Of a DNA stretch of 64,000 bases, positions 60,782-64,000 are shown in pieces. The DNA lies in the NCBI GenBank assembly GCA_947648915.1, contig CANSPQ010000002.1:50-64049 (forward strand). Reading direction: 5' to 3'. Position 1 is the first letter of the stretch; each line of letters opens with the position of its first letter. The position numbers were made by a program, and so were the translations under genes. Source of the stretch: an uncultured Bacillales bacterium (GTDB lineage Bacteria; Bacillota_I; Bacilli_A; RF39; UBA660). The notes beneath the pieces were generated by a model, which was given only the letters and a program-made list of their open reading frames with translations, was not told the DNA's origin and searched no databases.

Positions 60782-60810
60782 AATATACTATATTTTGCTG
60801 AAAATGTCAA
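60782..60810 (-). promoter_or_regulatory. sigma-A promoter TTGACA-17-TATATT driving repeats-terminator-toxN
   Basis: Seen in sequence. Confidence 0.45.
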
Positions 60811-60963
60811 TCTAGTATATATAGATAGTATATTCAAAAATGTTTCAGTTAATACTTATATTTATCATTTCCAATATCGATTGCTATTCAATATTAAAGA
60901 CTATTTATTTTTCTTTTTAACACTGTTTAATTTAATGGTGTTTATATATAAATTCTATACTTA

Positions 60964-62079
60964 TTAATTATCATCTATCCATATTTTTATTTTATGATTA
61001 CAATATACAGGACCATCATAAACTATTGCCACACTATCAACTGCTCTACTCAATGCTACATATATGGCATTCTTTGTAGATGACGTTTCAATTTTTTTAT
61101 TTGATTTTATATATTGTTTTAAATCAGCTGTTGGATAAATTATAGTTCTTGCAAAAGTACAGCCCTTTGAATTCTTATAATTTATACTTTTATAATAATC
61201 ATTAACTTTAGTTTTTTTATTATATCGTAATTGAATAGGTTTATATTTTGATAAGTATTTATTAAGATTTGATGTCCTAACAATAAATATGCCTTGTGAT
61301 TCTTTACTTGGAATATCGATACTTTCTAAATCCCCATATTCTGGATAAAAATCATTTAAAAAATCAACTATATATTTATGACATCTTCTACAAATATTCA
61401 AAGATGTTTGATCAATTTCAAATTTTGTTTTTTTGCATTCAGTACTTACGAATTTATCTATTTTTCCATTACTATATTTATCATACTTTGAATCGCAATG
61501 CGTGTTGTAAATATTTTGTCTTGGATCACCAACAATTATTAAATCACTATCTAAATCTGAAAATTCTTTTATTATTTCTAAATCATATCCTACCATATCT
61601 TGTACTTCATCTATAAATATTTTATTAAAGATACTTGTAATTCTTTGAAATACTAATCCTTTTGATGCTTTATTTATTCTTAAAACTAATTTTGCCAGTT
61701 TATCAGTATATATCCTATTATGATTATCAAAATAATACTTATCAAAGTCTTTCTCTCCATAATAAACTGGAAATCCACTATTACTATTAAATCTTAATCC
61801 AGATTTTCCTTCAACAAAATTAATCCCATTCACTTTTGCTATATTTAAATCTCGCTTATATGGCATTATACCATGTTCTAATAAAAAAGAAAACCATGTT
61901 TGAACTATGATATTTTTAGGAATATACCCTTTATTATCTATTATTTTGTCTTTTATTTCATCTCGACATCTAATAGTAAAAGTTGTAATTAAAACTCTAC
62001 CAGACTCTTTTAATGCTTCTTCCACTATGTAGGTTGTCTTTCCTGTACCAGCGCCAGCTAACAATAATTTATTACTCAT
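60964..62079 (-). CDS. UvrD-like helicase core (GajB-like), short form
   Basis: Walker A AGAGTGKTT. Motif II FIDEVQD. GDPRQ. VALSRA (motif VI). 4-bp overlap with the upstream OLD-family gene. Confidence 0.55.
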   Translation of the reverse strand: MSNKLLLAGAGTGKTTYIVEEALKESGRVLITTFTIRCRDEIKDKIIDNKGYIPKNIIVQTWFSFLLEHGIMPYKRDLNIAKVNGINFVEGKSGLRFNSNSGFPVYYGEKDFDKYYFDNHNRIYTDKLAKLVLRINKASKGLVFQRITSIFNKIFIDEVQDMVGYDLEIIKEFSDLDSDLIIVGDPRQNIYNTHCDSKYDKYSNGKIDKFVSTECKKTKFEIDQTSLNICRRCHKYIVDFLNDFYPEYGDLESIDIPSKESQGIFIVRTSNLNKYLSKYKPIQLRYNKKTKVNDYYKSINYKNSKGCTFARTIIYPTADLKQYIKSNKKIETSSTKNAIYVALSRAVDSVAIVYDGPVYCNHKIKIWIDDN

Positions 62080-63731
62080 TTTATTGCTTCCTCAATATAC
62101 TCTGGAAATTTTATTTTTTCTGTTGTGTCAAAAATTTTTAATGCACATTCAGTCTTATTGGAAACCATATATTTAATTAACTCATCATCAGATTCTTTAT
62201 TTAAACCTAAAATACTATTTAATGTCGCTAAGTCATTTGCTCGTAAAATACAAGGTTCTAGTGTATCGTAATTAAACTTCCCACCATTTTTAGATTTTAA
62301 GTCTCCTTGGTCAATATGTGTATTCTTATCATACTGAATTTTTACATAATGCTTCTCATTATTGCCTAAGTAATTTTCATATTTTTTGTTCAGTGCTTCT
62401 ATATCGCCATCATTATCAGTAACAACAACAGTATTCTTTTTTATCAAATCAGCAATTTCTAGAAATCTAAGAAATGATGTTCCTACAGATATAACGTCAA
62501 TTTCATCTTCTATAGGTAAATTATTATACTTATCGATATATGCTTTTTGAACAACTAATTCATCAGCATCTCCTTCGACCAAAATAGCCTTTTGACATAA
62601 CAAAAATCTTAAGGTATCATACCCTGGTTTCTTCATAAAAAAATTAAATGTTTCTTTGCTCAAAGTTGTAAATTTTGTATAATCATTTTCATTTAGTAAA
62701 ATCAAATTTTCTAAATTAAGTTTGTTTGCAACAAAACTACTATGTGTAGTTATAAAAATTTGTTTGTTTTCATTGACTTTAACTATTTCGTTTAAAAGCT
62801 TACTCATCTTAGGATATGATAAATGGTTTTCTGGTTCTTCTATTAATAAAACAGATGCCAAATCAGCATTTTTACTATTTAAAGACAACTCAATTTTAAC
62901 TGCTGATTGAATACCTTTTCCTATAAACTCAAACGGAATAGAATTTATTTTTGTTATTATACTTTTTTCCCAATCATTTGATTTTAATGATTCAACATCT
63001 ATTTGAACTGTAGTGTTTAATATATGTGTATTTTTACTAAGCTTTTCATTTATATCTTTCATTAGTTTGTTCGTAATAAAACTATCTTGAACATCACGAT
63101 ATAATTGCGAAATACCAATTACTTCAGATTTTTCTAAGTTATCTCTCACTATTTTAGATACATAAGAATCAGAACTATTTCTTAAGTTACACTCTGATGT
63201 GTCTATTATTGTTGACTTTGTTGGAGTTGTTCTTCCTGTTATATCAACACCAGCAGAATTTTTCCAACTAACTGTGTAATATTCAATTGGTAATGAGTAA
63301 ATATCACCCGTACTTATATATAATTGATACTCTTCTTCAAATTTTGAATCAAACTCTATTGTGTATGAAACACAGCCTACATTTTCACCATCACTATTTT
63401 CTTTTCCTAAAATAATTGGATCACATTCTTCAAAATACAATTCTATAAAACATTTTGGTAACTTAGTTGTCTTATCTGTTTTTATATTTTTTAAATAATC
63501 TTGAACGCTATTATTATTAAAAATATCTTGAACTAAATTGTTTTTTAAGTATTTGCCTCTAAAAAAACCAGTAAGGCATAAGTGAATAGCTTCTAATATA
63601 GTTGATTTGCCAACATCATTAATTCCAACCAAAACATTTAATTTACTATTGAATTTTATTTCATAATCACCAAAACATTTAAAATTTTTAATTTTAATTT
63701 TACTAATGTACACAAGCTCACTTCCTAACAA
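62076..63731 (-). CDS. OLD-family ATP-dependent endonuclease (ABC ATPase plus TOPRIM), GajA-like
   Basis: N-terminal Walker A GINDVGKST. ABC signature region. C-terminal TOPRIM ILVEGDADE. Confidence 0.65.
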   Translation of the reverse strand: MLGSELVYISKIKIKNFKCFGDYEIKFNSKLNVLVGINDVGKSTILEAIHLCLTGFFRGKYLKNNLVQDIFNNNSVQDYLKNIKTDKTTKLPKCFIELYFEECDPIILGKENSDGENVGCVSYTIEFDSKFEEEYQLYISTGDIYSLPIEYYTVSWKNSAGVDITGRTTPTKSTIIDTSECNLRNSSDSYVSKIVRDNLEKSEVIGISQLYRDVQDSFITNKLMKDINEKLSKNTHILNTTVQIDVESLKSNDWEKSIITKINSIPFEFIGKGIQSAVKIELSLNSKNADLASVLLIEEPENHLSYPKMSKLLNEIVKVNENKQIFITTHSSFVANKLNLENLILLNENDYTKFTTLSKETFNFFMKKPGYDTLRFLLCQKAILVEGDADELVVQKAYIDKYNNLPIEDEIDVISVGTSFLRFLEIADLIKKNTVVVTDNDGDIEALNKKYENYLGNNEKHYVKIQYDKNTHIDQGDLKSKNGGKFNYDTLEPCILRANDLATLNSILGLNKESDDELIKYMVSNKTECALKIFDTTEKIKFPEYIEEAIK

Positions 63732-63779
63732 AATAATTATAGCATTAAAAGAATACCTTTGTTAGAGAAAAAATAAATT

Positions 63780-64000
63780 TTATACTTTTTTATTATATGA
63801 TTCTAGAGCTTTTATTATATATTGTTCTATATACCTTTTATCTCTTTTTAATAATTCTTTTGGTAACACAGATTCTATCTTTTCTTTATTGAAGGATATT
63901 CTATCATTTTGATTACCTTTTTTCTCATCAAGTATTTTTTCAATTACATCAAAGGTTAATTCATGCTTCTCACTTAGCTTTCTAATCTTTATTGCTTGAG
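63780..64000 (-). CDS. 3' end of an unidentified gene (partial, runs off the window)
   Basis: Open frame ...QAIKIRKLSEKHELTFDVIEKILDEKKGNQNDR...ESYNKKV-stop. Confidence 0.3.
   Translation of the reverse strand, partial: QAIKIRKLSEKHELTFDVIEKILDEKKGNQNDRISFNKEKIESVLPKELLKRDKRYIEQYIIKALESYNKKV

Overview
This 64 kb window is from a low-GC Firmicute-like chromosome. Nearly all genes are on the minus strand. Several gene blocks show Bacillus-like synteny: lspA-rluD; greA-tig; yrrK/ruvX-mltG-trmR-like-two U32 peptidases; proS, cysS and alaS. Three regions hold accessory content.

(1) Around 2.1-7.9 kb there is a complete diversity-generating retroelement (DGR). It has an RT carrying the DGR-type LGNQSSQ motif and a 74-bp TR/VR pair whose 9 mismatches all fall on TR adenines. 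An Avd-like four-helix-bundle ORF lies upstream of the TR. The VR sits at the C-terminus of an 81-aa ORF. That ORF is in frame with the downstream AAA+ (AAA_5/MoxR-McrB-like) ATPase. The only stop between them is a TAA inside the VR whose two adenines are mutable template positions. Downstream follows a small ORF and a VWA plus HExxH metallopeptidase-like (DUF2201-type) protein. I read this as a DGR-diversified, possibly stop-codon-toggled, N-terminal variable domain on an NTPase-VWA system.

(2) Two paralogous modules at about 8.0-8.5 kb and 22.5-22.9 kb look like type I toxin-antitoxin loci. Each has a strong-RBS 25-30 aa hydrophobic peptide on the plus strand and a convergent minus-strand sRNA with a consensus sigma-A promoter. 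A shared terminator hairpin overlaps the peptide stop, and compensatory changes preserve two helices. Each module is flanked by copies of a 14-nt hairpin terminator, TCGCAGAAATGCGA.

(3) From tRNA-Met/tRNA-Leu at 49.5-49.7 kb to the window end lies a probable defence island. It starts with an integrase C-terminal remnant. It continues with an HD-phosphohydrolase::CYTH fusion, a type III ToxN/AbiQ toxin with upstream tandem RNA repeats and a terminator, and a Gabija-like OLD-ATPase/TOPRIM plus UvrD-like helicase pair.

Other notable items are a Tad/Flp pilus locus and an 806-aa type IV pilin-like protein with eight tandem Cys-rich repeats. There is also a VTC-DUF4956-beta-helix cluster, an ECF sigma/anti-sigma operon and tRNA-Arg(CCT).
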